From Pelagomonas calceolata (Eukaryota), in assembly GCA_918797485.1 (NCBI GenBank), contig CAKKNE010000001.1, positions 5,394,001 to 5,458,000 of the forward strand: 64,000 nucleotides of DNA, written 5' to 3'. The notes beneath the pieces were generated by a model. It saw only the letters and a program-made list of their open reading frames with translations. It searched no databases and was not told the DNA's origin. This document shows, in pieces, positions 20,685-31,855 of this stretch. The position numbers were made by a program, and so were the translations under genes. The first letter of the stretch is position 1; each line of letters opens with the position of its first letter.

Positions 20685-22127
20685 ATGGCCGACGAGTTCG
20701 ACGCCGACGTTCTCGTAGTCGGCGCCGGCTTCGCGGGCCTCGGCGCGGCGCGGGCGCTGCAACGGGCGGGGAAGAGTGTTGTTGTCGTCGAGGCCACGGG
20801 TGTCGCCGCCTGTGTGGAAATCGAATTTACGGCGCATTCACTGCTCGATGGCGTGGCGATGCCGGTTCCTCACCGCTCGACGGAGCCAGCGCGGCCACGT
20901 AGTCGCCGAGAAATGACTTAGTGACGAATTATCGTGCACCCGACACACTGGTTGATTTCCACACAGGTCGTCGGCGGCCGGGCGCGGCGCGGGCGGCTCG
21001 AGGGTCTGGAGTTCGCCGCGGGCGCGGAGTACGTGCACGGCGCCGCCGGCGAGGTCCTCGACCTCCTGAAGCGAGCGAAGGTCGACGTGGAGACGCGCGC
21101 GTGGCCCGCGACGTACTGGCTCGGCCGCGAGCGGCGCCACTTCGACGCGGACGGGGCGCCGGCCGAGCTCCGGGCCGCGCACGACGCGTTCGACGCCATC
21201 GAGGATGACCACGCCGCACACGAGTCCCTGCTGCAGTACTTCGTGCGGAAGGGCGTCAAGTCGCGCTGCCTCGACGTCGCCGACGCCGTCTACGCGAACG
21301 ACTACGGCGAGAGCGCGTCGGAGCTGGGCGCCGCCGAGGTGGCCCACGAGCAGAAGCACTGGACGGGCGGCGAGGACTACTTCGTCCTGCGGAACGGCAC
21401 GCTCGCCGACGCCGCGGCCGAGCTCGCGCGGGGTCTCGACGTGCGCCTCGGCTGGCCCGTCGCGCGCGTCTACCGCGACGCGGCCGGCGCGAGCGTGCGG
21501 AGCCGCCGGGACGAGATGCTGCGCGCGCGGTGCTGCGTCGTGGCCGCGCCGCTCGGCGTCCTCAAGAAGGGGGCGCCGGCCTTCTCGCCGGCGCTGCCGC
21601 CGGCGCACGCCGAGGCCATCCGGCGGCTGCCGGTGGCGAACGCGCTCAAGGTCGCCGTGGCGCTCGACCGGCCGGTCTGGCCGAGCGGCTGGTGGAACGC
21701 GGTCTGCGGCGACGCGCTCTTCCCGGAGGTCTGGCGGTCGGGCGAGCGCGTCGTCGTGGGCTTCGCGACGGGCGCGCGCGCGGACGCCGTCGCCGCGCTG
21801 GGCGCGCCGGCGGCGGCGCGGGGCCTGCTCGACCAGCTCGACGCCATGTTCGGCGCGCGGCGCGCGACGGCGGCCTGCGTCGGCACGGCGATGGCCGACT
21901 GGGGCGCCGAGCCGGAGTTCCGCGGCGGCTACACGTACCCGTCGCCGGGCTGCCTGCCGCTGCGCGCGGCGCTGCGCGCGCCCGTCGACCGGCTCCTCTT
22001 CTGCGGCGAGCACTGCACGGTAGGCCTCGACCCGTGCGTCCAGGCGGCGCTGGCCGACGGCGAGCGCGCGGCGGCCCTGGCGCTGGATCGCCTGGCCGGT
22101 GCCGATCCGCCGCCGCCGCCCGGGTAG
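20685..22127 (+). CDS. Flavin-containing amine oxidase, 2 exons (20685-20801, 20967-22127)
   Basis: VLVVGAGFAGLGAA; spliced EATGVVGGRA; GAEYVHG, DWGAEPEFRGGY, LLFCGEH. Confidence 0.88.
20802..20966 (+). mobile_element. Introner element forming a GT-AG intron, 165 nt
   Basis: TIRs ctgtgtggaaatc / gatttccacacag; degenerate TSD gtcgccgc / gtcgtcgg; removal restores the frame. Confidence 0.9.
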
Positions 22128-22342
22128 GACGAGCTGCCGGCATTCTATCATAAGTCTCTGTTGTTTCGTGAGCGGCTCTTAGATCGCGGGTTTTGCAATT
22201 GACGTATGGCAAAAACGTATTCAGGAGGTTTGCGGTGCTCCTGTCGTCCTGTATCCTGGGTCCTGAGATTACCACTGCACGTTTGCGCCTCGCAGGAGGA
22301 GAGTACTTAAGCGGTCACGAAGGAGTGCCCGTTACTCAGGGG

Positions 22343-22739
22343 TATAGTAGGCAATCAAATTACCAGGGTAATTGCCGGTAGTGGAAATTACCGGTAATTA
22401 CCGGTAATTACCGGAGTCGATTTTTGGCTACCGGGTAATGACCCCTGGGGTGGAAAGGTAAAACGCGTCAGTAAAGGGTGGACGCGGCAGACGCGTTTTG
22501 GACTATGGGCAGGATATGGCCAAGCCCATGCCCCAGGGGCATCGTCCCACGGTCCCAAGTGAGCTTTTTACGCGTCAGTCCCATTGGAAATGCTTATCTG
22601 GGTTCTGGGAGGCTGCCCCGGCCCGGCTCACCTTGGACCTCCCAGATTACCGGTAATTTCCGTTACCAGGGTAATTTACCGGTAATTACCGGTAATTACC
22701 GACCCTGAGATCTCGTTACCGGGTAATTTGCCAACTATA
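22343..22739. mobile_element. Non-autonomous hAT-like MITE, 397 bp
   Basis: TIRs tatagtaggcaa / ttgccaactata; exact 8-bp TSD ctcagggg at 22335-22342 and 22740-22747; tandem aattaccggt subterminal repeats at both ends; no credible ORF. Confidence 0.88.
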
Positions 22740-22817
22740 CTCAGGGGAGGGATTAACTCCTCCTCTCAGGCTCAGGCTAAAACCCAAGGCTAATTACGTC
22801 GCGGGGTCCTCTGCAAT

Positions 22818-23653
22818 ATGCCCCTGGACCGCCACATCTCCGTCTTTGCCGAGCCTGCCTTCGAGCCTAGAAACGTGCTTTCGTTACGAGGCGAAGCGAC
22901 GTCGCGCGACTCGCGCCGGCCGCGCATATCGCGGCAAGCCTCGACAAGACAAGTGCTGGTCTACACCAAGAACAACCAACCAGTCACAACGAAAGAGACC
23001 GCCGACGAGGATGAGGAGGACTGGATAAAATTCCCGCGCACTACCACTCTCCTCATAATTGGCGTCGTCCTCACCACGGGCGCCGCCATCGGCGAGGACA
23101 ACCACGAACGCGTGACGGTGTTCGCCTCCGCGATCGCCGGCACGGCAACCGGATGTTTTGGAGGCATTTTTCGCGACGTATTCCTGCAGAAGCCCGTGCG
23201 GATCATGAATAGTTATCTAGAGATATACGCGTCGCCGTGCTTTGTCGGCGCGCTGGCCACGGCCCTGATCATCCGCCTCTGTCCCAGCCAGCACCTGTGT
23301 GGAAATCAACCAGTGCGTCGGGTGCGCATCGAGCAGGCTTCGCGTCGATGGCGTGGAGGACGACCCGATGATTCAGCACGAACGCGCCGTAAAATCTTGA
23401 TTTCCACACAGGCCAGCACAACACCGCTTTGCTCGTTGGCTTCTTTATCGTGATCGCTCTTCGCGTCCTGGCGGTGACGCGCGACATTCGACACCCGACG
23501 ATGGTCACGATGCAGGACGACGAGGTCCAAACAACGACGACGCCGCTGTCGCCAAAGATATCTCCAGCGGTCAAGTTCGCGCATGGTCTGGGTCTCCCGG
23601 ACGACGACGGCGTCCGCAGCCCGAACTCGCGCATGAGCACGCTGTCGGTGTGA
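22818..23653 (+). CDS. TRIC/UPF0126-family membrane protein, 2 exons (22818-23286, 23412-23653); start uncertain
   Basis: GTATGCFGGIFRDVFL...EIYASPCFVGA; splicing restores the frame (CPSQHNTALLVGFF). Confidence 0.7.
23287..23411 (+). mobile_element. Introner element forming a GC-AG intron, 125 nt
   Basis: TIRs from 23295 to 23411; perfect TSD gccagcac at 23287-23294 and 23412-23419. Confidence 0.9.
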
Positions 23654-23725
23654 GCCCCGCTCCTCCGCAGTAGTCCCTCCCCCCCGGAGTCCCCCGCATT
23701 GCACGCTAATCCTATTCTATTACTA

Positions 23726-24436
23726 CTACAGCGCCAGCAACTCCGGAAAGTCCACGAGCATCTCGTCCTTGAAGAGCGCCTCGTCGGCGGAGGACGGCGT
23801 CCACAGGACCTCCGCGTTGTACACGAGGTCGCCGCCCTGCACGCCGCACCGCGTCGCGAGGTCGCGGAGCGCCGTCCGCAGCCGCGGCTCCGACGCCGCC
23901 GCGTCCGCGAAGAGCTCCGTCTCGTCGCCCTCGAGGCAGACGACGATGGACACGACGCACATGCCCCGCACGCCCTCGCTGGTCTGCTCCAGCTCCGCGC
24001 TGGACGGCGTCCGCTCCTCCTCGAACTTCGCCGCCTCCGCGTTCACGAGGTTCTCGTACGCGGTCTCGTGGTCGTAGCGCTCGACGCGGCCCGGGTCGAA
24101 GCGCTCTCCGACGGACGCGGCGTAGAGCCACGCGTCTGCCCGCCGCGCGAGGGAGGTCGCCACGTCCGCGATGAATTTCGGCAGAGCGGCGCGGCTCCGG
24201 TCGCGCTCGAAGCGCGCGGCGCAGTCGGCGACGACGCGCGTCGCCGACATGTCTTCGTTCGCGAGCGCGATCTGCAGCTTGCCGACCGTCGCGCCGGGCC
24301 GGTCGTCGAAGGGGTTCTCGAATTTGAAGCCGCCGAAGGAGCGTCGCGTCCCGAGGCGCTGCCGCGGCGTTGCGGTGGGTGTCGGTGCGAGTGCGGCGGC
24401 GCAGGCGGCCAGGGCTGCCACACGTATCGAGCGCAT
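23726..24436 (-). CDS. DUF1517 / FLAP1-like protein, probably plastid-targeted
   Basis: Signal peptide; TVGKLQIAL, EAAKFEEE, VVSIVV, EVLWTP, EMLVDFPELLAL. Confidence 0.75.
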   Translation of the reverse strand: MRSIRVAALAACAAALAPTPTATPRQRLGTRRSFGGFKFENPFDDRPGATVGKLQIALANEDMSATRVVADCAARFERDRSRAALPKFIADVATSLARRADAWLYAASVGERFDPGRVERYDHETAYENLVNAEAAKFEEERTPSSAELEQTSEGVRGMCVVSIVVCLEGDETELFADAAASEPRLRTALRDLATRCGVQGGDLVYNAEVLWTPSSADEALFKDEMLVDFPELLAL

Positions 24437-24855
24437 GGTGTAGTCTATCGGGCCTCTACGCAAGTTATGACTCTGCTGCCCGGTCCAGCTGACTTCCAAA
24501 TGGCCCTGGCTGGCTCTGCCTGGTCCCGGCTTTGGCTGTCTGGCGCTGGAGGCTTTTTTTTTTTTTGCTTTGTACGTAGCAGAGGTAGCGAACAAACACA
24601 CTAGCAAGCCACCAAAAAAAGCAGCCCGCGGCGGCGCTAAGGCACGCAGCGCCTGAACTCGTGGAGATCAGCATCACTGCTCTATCTCCATCAAAAGGAA
24701 AAGGGCTCTCATCGCTGTCATCCCTCTGCCTGCCGAGTAGTACGCCAGCTGCAAGCAAGCGGCCTCTGCCGGGCTGCAGCAGCGGAGCAGCGGGTCTCCG
24801 CAGCCCGCATCGATCGATCAATACGTCGCTCATTAATGGCAGCAGCAGCAAGCAA

Positions 24856-26012
24856 ATGAAGCTCGCCCGGCGCACGAGTCCCTGCGTCGCCTGCGGCGCG
24901 CCGATCGCGGTCGACACGCCGATCGCGCCGCTCCTCGGCCAGAACGGGCGGATTCGCTGGGTTCATCCGGCCTGTGCGCCGGCGACGCCGCAGCCGTGCC
25001 CGCATTGGGTGCGCCGCGGCGTGTGCCACCTCGGCGACCGCTGCGCCCTCGCGCACCCGCCTCTGGTTGACGTGCCGGGTGCGTTCGCGCAAGCGGCCTT
25101 CACGAAGGCGGGCCGCGTCGGCGTCTTCCGGCGGTTCATCGTCGAAGAGTTCGGGCCGGCGGCCGTCGTCGACGTCGCGGGCGGCAAGGGAGAGCTGAGC
25201 TTCGAGTTGGAGAACTTGCACGACGTCGCTTGCGTCGTCGTGGACCCGCGGGCGCCGATGCTCGACGACGTGAGCCAGCGCTTCCGGAGGTTTCGCGCGC
25301 GCAGCTTCCTCGACAACGGGGACGAGGCCGTCTCGGAGGGCTTCCGGCGGCGATGGAGGGAGCACGAGGAGGCCGGCGTAGAGCTGGCGCTGCGGCGGCC
25401 GCGGCACCTGCGCCTGTTCTTCGACGGCGCGCTCGTGGATTGGACGGTGTCGGGCGGTGACGATTTCTTCGCCGCGGCCGCGCGGCGCTGGACCGAGCAG
25501 GTCCTCATCGGCGAGTCGTCGCGCAAGCAGAACTACGTCAAGGTCGACGGGCGGCTCGAGCTCCTGCCGCCGCCGCCCGACCTTGTGGCGGCGCCGGACG
25601 ACGCCTGGTCCGCGACGGCGGCGCGCGCGGCGCTCGTAGGGGCGGACCTGCTCGTGGGCCTCCATTGCGACGGCGCCGCGGAACCGATTATCGACTTCGC
25701 TCTCGCGCACGGCAAGGCCTTCGCCATCGTCCCGTGCTCTTGCGGCGTCCTTTTATTCTCTTCGCGTTGTTCGCGTCGGCATCGCGCGCCACGTCCACAT
25801 CGCGTCGATGGCGCCACGCGCCACGCCATCGACGCGATGCCCCACGCAGGTGCTGCACGTGCAGCAAGCAGTTCCCTCATAGGAGGATGAACGGGGCGCC
25901 GGTCAAGTCCTACGACGACCTCGTCTCTTATTTATTGGCGAAGGACCCGCGCATCCGGAAGGCGCGCCTCGACTTCGAGGGGCGGAACGCGTGCTTGTAC
26001 TTCCGGCCATAG
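24856..26012 (+). CDS. CCCH zinc finger + methyltransferase-like protein, 2 exons (24856-25733, 25850-26012)
   Basis: CPHWVRRGVCHLGDRCALAH; VVDVAGGKGELS; LVGLHCD...FAIVPCC after splicing. Confidence 0.78.
25734..25849 (+). mobile_element. Degenerate introner-derived GT-AG intron, 116 nt
   Basis: gtgct repeated at both junctions; core atcgcgtcgatggcg present in both orientations; removal restores the frame. Confidence 0.7.
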
Positions 26013-26066
26013 TTAATTGTAAGTATGTGACAAAATATTATGCACAAGAGCAATATGTACAACCGA

Positions 26067-27294
26067 TCACGCGGAGAAGCCCTCGCAGTAGGCGCGGAGC
26101 TTCGCCACGAGCGCGGCCTTTTCTTCGGGCGCGGCGAAGGTCGCCTCGAGCGAATTGCGCGCGAGGAGGACGCACTCGTCCGCGGTGAGGCCGCACTCGC
26201 GCGCGGTCGCGTGGTAGCACGAATCGACGTAGCCCCCGTGTGTCTTCCCATATTTATCGGTGTGCCCGAAGAAATACGCCGGGTCGTCGGAGTTCAGCGT
26301 CACCTTGAGGCCCTTGGTCAGCAGCTGGCGCGTCGGGTTCTCGCCTCCAAAAAAGCGCCGGTTCACCTGTAGCCGGTGGTTCGAGCACGGACAGACCGTG
26401 AGGGGGATGCCGTCGCGCGCCAGGCGAGCGAGCAACATGGGGTCTTCGAGGGACCGCACGCCGTGGTCGACGCGCTCGATTTGTAGGAGGTCGAGGGCCT
26501 CGGTGACATACGACGCAGGCCCCTCCTCGCCCGCGTGAGCCACGCAACGCAGCCCCGCCGCGCGCGCCTTGGCGAAGACGCGCTCGAAGAGTCGTGGTGG
26601 ATGACCCGCCTCCGACGAGTCGAGGCCGACGCCTATTATTTGATGCTTGTGGTTGGCGAGGGCCTCGTCGAGGATCTTTTCGGCCTCGTCGGCCGGCGCC
26701 AGCGGCGGATGACGGTGGCGAAGGAAACACATGATCAACGTCGCGTCGACGGGCGACGCCGCGCACGCGCTGTAGAGACCATTTACGACCATCGCGAGTG
26801 GGAGGCCGTTGCGTTCGACCATGTGCGTTTGCGGATCGAAGAAGATCTCCGCGCGGACCACGCCATTTGCCTGTGTACAAATCAATCTGTGAGGCGGGTG
26901 GCCGCAGCGACGTTTGATTTGTGCACTGCCGATTCGCGTGAGCTCGAGCGAGATAGGCGGCGCAAATATCGAAAAAGTCCTGTTCGGTCCGTAACACATC
27001 GCACGACGAGTAGTACAGGTCGAGGAATTCCTGCAGGTCGCGGAACGACCGTTTCGCGCGTTGCGCGGCGCAGAAGCGTTCCGCGTCGTCGGTGCCCTCC
27101 ATTTCGATTCCATTGCGGCGCGCGATGGCAAGGACCATCTCGGGTTCTATCGTACCCTCTATGTGAAGGTGTAGCTCTGCTTTTGGCAGGCCAGCGACGA
27201 ATCGACGCATAGCCTCATCGCTTCGATTGATTGCGGCCGCTTGGTCGAGCGTGAGATAGCCAGTCTTGCTCGCACGGAGATCGACGGCCGCCAT
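26067..27294 (-). CDS. Adenosine/adenine deaminase, 2 exons (27294-26938, 26870-26067)
   Basis: LPKAELHLHIEG, AEIFFDPQTH, GLDSSE, VAHAGEEG, RVDHGV, LNSDDPAYF. Confidence 0.92.
26871..26937 (-). mobile_element. Short introner-like GC-AG intron with variant TIRs, 67 nt
   Basis: Inverted repeats gtgtacaaatcaa / ttgatttgtgcac; junction repeats gcgaat / gcaaat; removal restores the frame (ARAH-ANGVV). Confidence 0.78.
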
Positions 27295-27398
27295 CCGTGA
27301 CACCGTGGTAATTGAGAGAGTGGTATTGAACGTCGCTCAGAGCCGCAGAGTCCACACAAATCACACGAGTGATTTTTTTTGCGTGTAAAACCCGTTTT

Positions 27399-27439
27399 AA
27401 TCGTGGCATACGGATGAATCGTGGCCTACGGATGAATCG
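27399..27439. repeat. 18-bp tandem repeat, about 2.3 copies
   Basis: aatcgtggc(a/c)tacggatg x2 plus aatcg. Confidence 0.75.
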
Positions 27440-27504
27440 GACAAATCGCGACGACCGGGGCATCCATCCATCCAAGCAAGGCGAGTATAAAACCACAAAC
27501 CAAA

Positions 27505-30048
27505 TTACGCCAGCAGCAGCGGCTCGAGCCGCCCCCGGACGCGCTCCGCCAGGCGCGCCGCGACGCGGCCCGCGCTGTCGCGCAGCGCCGCTTTCTCCGC
27601 GTCGTCGAGCTCCGACGCGACGTGCAGGAGCGACTCGGCGTGCGCGTCCCGTCGCCCGAGCGCCGCCGCCGCCGAGTCGAGCAGCGCGTCGAAGCGCCGG
27701 TCGTCCGAGATCTTCGACGCGGAGGTAGCGATGTCCAGGAGCGTCCGCGCGGCGGCGACAGGACCGGCGGCGCCGCTCCCACCGCCCAGCAGCGTCTCGA
27801 GGGTGGCGCGCGCCTCGTCGTCCGGCGCCGCATCTTCGAGTAATTTCGTCACGTCCAGGGCGTAGAGCTCGTCGTCGCGGTCTAATGGAGGCGCGACGGC
27901 GTCGAGCACTTCGCGCGGCGACGCGAAGAGGAAGGCCGGCGCGCCGTCCCCGGGCAACAGCAACGGCGCCGGCGTCGTCGCCGGGTCCGGCAGCGCCTTC
28001 TCGAGGCGCGCACCGACGAAGGGCAGGCGCCTGAGCGCCACGCCGGGCGCGCTCGCCGCGCGGTCGAACAAGCGCCGCGCGGCCTGCCTCCCCAGCGCGT
28101 CCGCCACCACAACGGCCTCGTCCTCGCAGAAGTCCCGGATCGCACTCCCGCGGTCGCTCAATACGTACTTCGCCAGGGTAGTAGAGTTGGCATCTTCCCC
28201 GATGGCGTCGAAGTCGATCGACCCGCCCTTGACAATCGTGTCCTCGCCCGTCTCGTCCAGGGCCGACGAGACGAGCGACGCGAGCCGCCGCGGGCTGAGG
28301 GCGCGCCGCGAGCCGTCGTCGCGGCCGGCCCCGGCGTAGAGCGCCTCCTGGAGCGCACGCCGCGCCGCGGGCCGGTCCGAGGACAGCAATTTGCGCGAGA
28401 CGAAGGGGTAGGCCGCCTGGATGATGGCGTAGTCGGGATCGCCTTGTAAAGCGATGCCTTCGAGGGTCACAAAAGCTCGGCCAAGCAGAGCGAAGTACGG
28501 CGGGATCGAGAACGGGACGTCGTTCAGCACCGTGAGCGCGTCCTGCGTCATGGCCTGGAAGCCGCCGACCGCTTTCCCTAGATCGGCGTCGGCGTCGATG
28601 CCGTAGGACGCCCGGACTCTTTCTTCAAATTTCTTGGCCCCGCCTCCCGCAATGTACGGCGACAGGGCCTTATCCATCAACGGCACGACGGTCCCCCGAC
28701 TCGTATCCCTCGGCAGGATCTCGAGGTCGATGAAATCATCCACCAATGACGGGAAATCTTTATTGGCCAGGTGGACGATGGCATTGATCATCGTGTCCTG
28801 GTCCTCGCTGCGTACCCGAGCAACTAACCCGAAATCCAAGATGGCGAGCTGGCCGTCGTCCTTCCGGAACAGGTTTCCAGGGTGGGGGTCCGCGTGGAAT
28901 ATCCCTGCCTCGAGCAATTGGACTAAAAACGCCTCCTGCGCGACGGGCGTCAGGCGCTTGATTTCGTGCGGTTCGCAGGTAGAGAGCTTGACGCCGTCGA
29001 TCCACTCCGTGACGGCGACGCGCGCCGTGCATAATTCTTCCAGCGCGTAGGGCACGTAGACGCCTTGTACAGTTGTCGACGCGTCCTCGTGCGCCCCTTC
29101 GACGAGCACGTCCCTTATGGAATTCAGGTTGTCGATCTCCGACCGAAAATCTAATTCCGTGTAGAAGCCGACGGCCCACTCATTTAACAAATCAACGTAA
29201 TTCGTCTTTTGTTGGGGCGCAAACCTATCAATCAGTCGCTGGTAGACCTCCGCCGCCCTCCGCAAAACATATAAATCTTTGGAGACCTGCTCCAGTATTT
29301 GGGGCCTTTGCACTTTTACGGCCACGGAACGTCCATCATCTAGTTCTGCTTTGTAGACTTGCGCCAACGACGCCGCCGCGACCGGTTCTTCGGAAATGGA
29401 AGCGAAGAAAGTACCCAGCGGCCCGCCGAGCTCCTTCTCGATGATGTCGATGGCCACGTCCGTTTCAAAGGGCACGACGGAGTCCTGCAAGACGGCCAGC
29501 TCCGCTAATGCTGAAGGCGGCAGGACGTCGGGCCGCACACTCAAGGTCTGGGCCAATTTGATGAAGGTCGGTCCCAGCTGCTCGCAGATGACCCGTGCAT
29601 CTCGGGCGAGCTCCGCATCATTTTCCTGTAGGGCATCGACGCCGCCCTGGACCAGTAACGTCGCCGTTTTTAACAGAAAGGGCACGCTCAGGCGGAGGAA
29701 CTCGCCCCAGCGCTGCTGGAGGGCGGAACCCTGCTTCAGCCAGTACTGCTGGATGCGGTCCTTGTCGTAGCTCAAAGGCAAACCGGTCTCGGCGTCGGTG
29801 GCGCCGTCCTTGTCATCCCTCAATGCCACGTAGCTGCGGCCGACGTCCGGCGCGTCGAGCGTCGTCATCGAGACGGCCTGGTTCACGGCGGCCGCCGCGA
29901 CTGTCGCGGCGGACATGAGGCCGGCCCGCCCGGCGGTCTCTACCACATTATCCTGCTTTGTTGAGTGGAGTTTTGTTGGGTGGCGCGTCACGGCGGTGGG
30001 CACCAGCGCATGGCCGAGTGCGGCCAGCACGAGCAGCAGCTTGGCCAT
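27505..30048 (-). CDS. ABC1/UbiB atypical kinase (ABC1K), plastid-type
   Basis: LGPTFIKLAQTLSVRPD, VAAASLAQVY, VAVKVQRP, FHADPHPGN, LDFGL, FSIPPYFAL; signal peptide. Confidence 0.93.
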   Translation of the reverse strand: MAKLLLVLAALGHALVPTAVTRHPTKLHSTKQDNVVETAGRAGLMSAATVAAAAVNQAVSMTTLDAPDVGRSYVALRDDKDGATDAETGLPLSYDKDRIQQYWLKQGSALQQRWGEFLRLSVPFLLKTATLLVQGGVDALQENDAELARDARVICEQLGPTFIKLAQTLSVRPDVLPPSALAELAVLQDSVVPFETDVAIDIIEKELGGPLGTFFASISEEPVAAASLAQVYKAELDDGRSVAVKVQRPQILEQVSKDLYVLRRAAEVYQRLIDRFAPQQKTNYVDLLNEWAVGFYTELDFRSEIDNLNSIRDVLVEGAHEDASTTVQGVYVPYALEELCTARVAVTEWIDGVKLSTCEPHEIKRLTPVAQEAFLVQLLEAGIFHADPHPGNLFRKDDGQLAILDFGLVARVRSEDQDTMINAIVHLANKDFPSLVDDFIDLEILPRDTSRGTVVPLMDKALSPYIAGGGAKKFEERVRASYGIDADADLGKAVGGFQAMTQDALTVLNDVPFSIPPYFALLGRAFVTLEGIALQGDPDYAIIQAAYPFVSRKLLSSDRPAARRALQEALYAGAGRDDGSRRALSPRRLASLVSSALDETGEDTIVKGGSIDFDAIGEDANSTTLAKYVLSDRGSAIRDFCEDEAVVVADALGRQAARRLFDRAASAPGVALRRLPFVGARLEKALPDPATTPAPLLLPGDGAPAFLFASPREVLDAVAPPLDRDDELYALDVTKLLEDAAPDDEARATLETLLGGGSGAAGPVAAARTLLDIATSASKISDDRRFDALLDSAAAALGRRDAHAESLLHVASELDDAEKAALRDSAGRVAARLAERVRGRLEPLLLA

Positions 30049-30795
30049 CTTGTGCTTAAGCTGTGCTTAACTAGAGCTCGCAGCCGTGCCAATTGCAATG
30101 CTATCAAACGAGCTGTGAGCAATGCGAATCGTGGCCGAGTGCAATGTTGTTTGGCTCTTCGACTCGCGCGCAGCCTGGACACCACGCTGGCAAGCTGATC
30201 GACACACAGCTGGCTCGAGCGCTCGCCCCCCCCCGGAATCCTCCCTGACTGCAAAGAGGGATCCGACAGCGATGAGCGTCGACGAAATGGCGGTGGTTGA
30301 GGGACGTCTCTAGTAGCCGGCTCCCATTCGCGGTCGGCTCCAGTCGGACCTGTCCGGCGTCGGTCCGGCTCAAGAAACCGCAGGCGCTCCCCACGGGTCG
30401 GCCGGCGGGCCTTGCACGGTGAATTGGATTCGTGTTCGTTCGCTTCCCTGGGAGAAAATTCTCGCGGGCGTCGGACGGGCATGTCCTGGGGCCAGCAGTA
30501 CCGCAGGCCCTCCCCACACGTCCTCCACGGCGGTCCGCTCTTACTTCGACTTCATGTTCTTTCGATATACATCCGCAGGTGCCACGTACGGAACGTTATG
30601 AGGCCCAAGCTGAGAGGCTCTAGACCATCGAGAGCACTCTGCAAAACAAGCGCTGCTCACCACGCATCGCAAACGACCGCACAGCTCGTCCCGCGCTCTC
30701 AAAGCACGGCTACGACACAATCCCACAAACCTGCAATCGCTGCGCTCACGAAACCGCAGCTAAAAAACGCTCAGCTCAGCCCTCTCAAGCACATC

Positions 30796-31665
30796 ATGTC
30801 TCTCCGCTACGCCGCTCTTCTAGCCCCCGCGTGCGCGTTCACGCACTCGCAGCAGCCGCGCCGCATCGTCGTGCGGCGCGACTACAGCTCCATTGACGAC
30901 GTCTTCGACTCGGTCTTCGGGGACCCGTGGAGCCCGTTCGGCCTCTCGCGCCGCGACCCGTGGGGCATGCGGCGCCGCTCGCCGCTCGCCCAGCAATTCG
31001 GCCAGCTCAAGCGCCTCTCGCAAGCCTTCGAGGAGCAGCTCCAGCGCGTCGACGAGGACGACTTCCTCGCGGACACGCCCTTAGGGCAGCGCCGCCAGCT
31101 CGGGACGCCTAAGGAAGACGCGCCCACCAAGACCGACGAGTCCACGAGCTCGCTGTACGAGGCGCCCAAGGCCGAAGGCGACGCGCCCGAGGCCGTCGCG
31201 CCGGCGGCGCCGCGTGGCTACGCCTACTCGTGGTCGAGCTCGTCCGTCACGCAGAACGGCGAGACGCGGACGACGGTACGCAAGAATTTCAAGGACGCCG
31301 ACGGCGGCGCCAAGTCCTTCCAGGAGCGCTCGCTCGCGCGCGATGGCAAGAAGCTCACGGAGACGCGCACCCAGGGCTTCGGCGACGCCGAGGCCAAGTT
31401 GAGCTTCGAGGGCGTCGACGACGCCTCGGCCTTCGAGAACGCCTGGACCACGAAGCCGGCGCTGCCCGCCGCCGAGGCGCCCGCCGCCGAGGCTCCTGCC
31501 GCCGAGGCGCCCAAGACGTGGGCGCCCGAGGCGCTCAAGCAAACCAAGGAGCAGAAGGAGGAGCTCGCCGCCGACGCGGAGATCGCCAAGCTCAAGGCCG
31601 AACTAAAGGCTTTGCGCGGAGACGGTCCGTTGCCGCCGGCCGATTACGGCACGACCCAGGTGTAG
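30796..31665 (+). CDS. Protein with a bipartite-type leader and a myeloid-leukemia-factor-like region
   Basis: MSLRYAALLAPACA-F; YSWSSSSVT..RTTVRKNFKDADG resembles MLF; AAEAP repeats. Confidence 0.55.
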   Translation: MSLRYAALLAPACAFTHSQQPRRIVVRRDYSSIDDVFDSVFGDPWSPFGLSRRDPWGMRRRSPLAQQFGQLKRLSQAFEEQLQRVDEDDFLADTPLGQRRQLGTPKEDAPTKTDESTSSLYEAPKAEGDAPEAVAPAAPRGYAYSWSSSSVTQNGETRTTVRKNFKDADGGAKSFQERSLARDGKKLTETRTQGFGDAEAKLSFEGVDDASAFENAWTTKPALPAAEAPAAEAPAAEAPKTWAPEALKQTKEQKEELAADAEIAKLKAELKALRGDGPLPPADYGTTQV

Positions 31666-31855
31666 GCCGCCGTCGCACCACCATGTCCTGTCCTGTCCCG
31701 GACTCCCCGCGCGCCCTAAAAACCACCCCGCGAGACGTCTAAAATTTTACTAACCTTCTTAGCTCCCCGTACGCGTTGTGCACCCACTCCGTAGCATCAC
31801 GGACCTTGGAAAGTAGACAGTCTGTACTTATGGACACCTTGGGGAGAGCACGTAC

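Noticed and set aside
22380..22420. aattaccggt array as a CRISPR or telomeric repeat
   Set aside because: No spacers; it is the subterminal repeat of the MITE.
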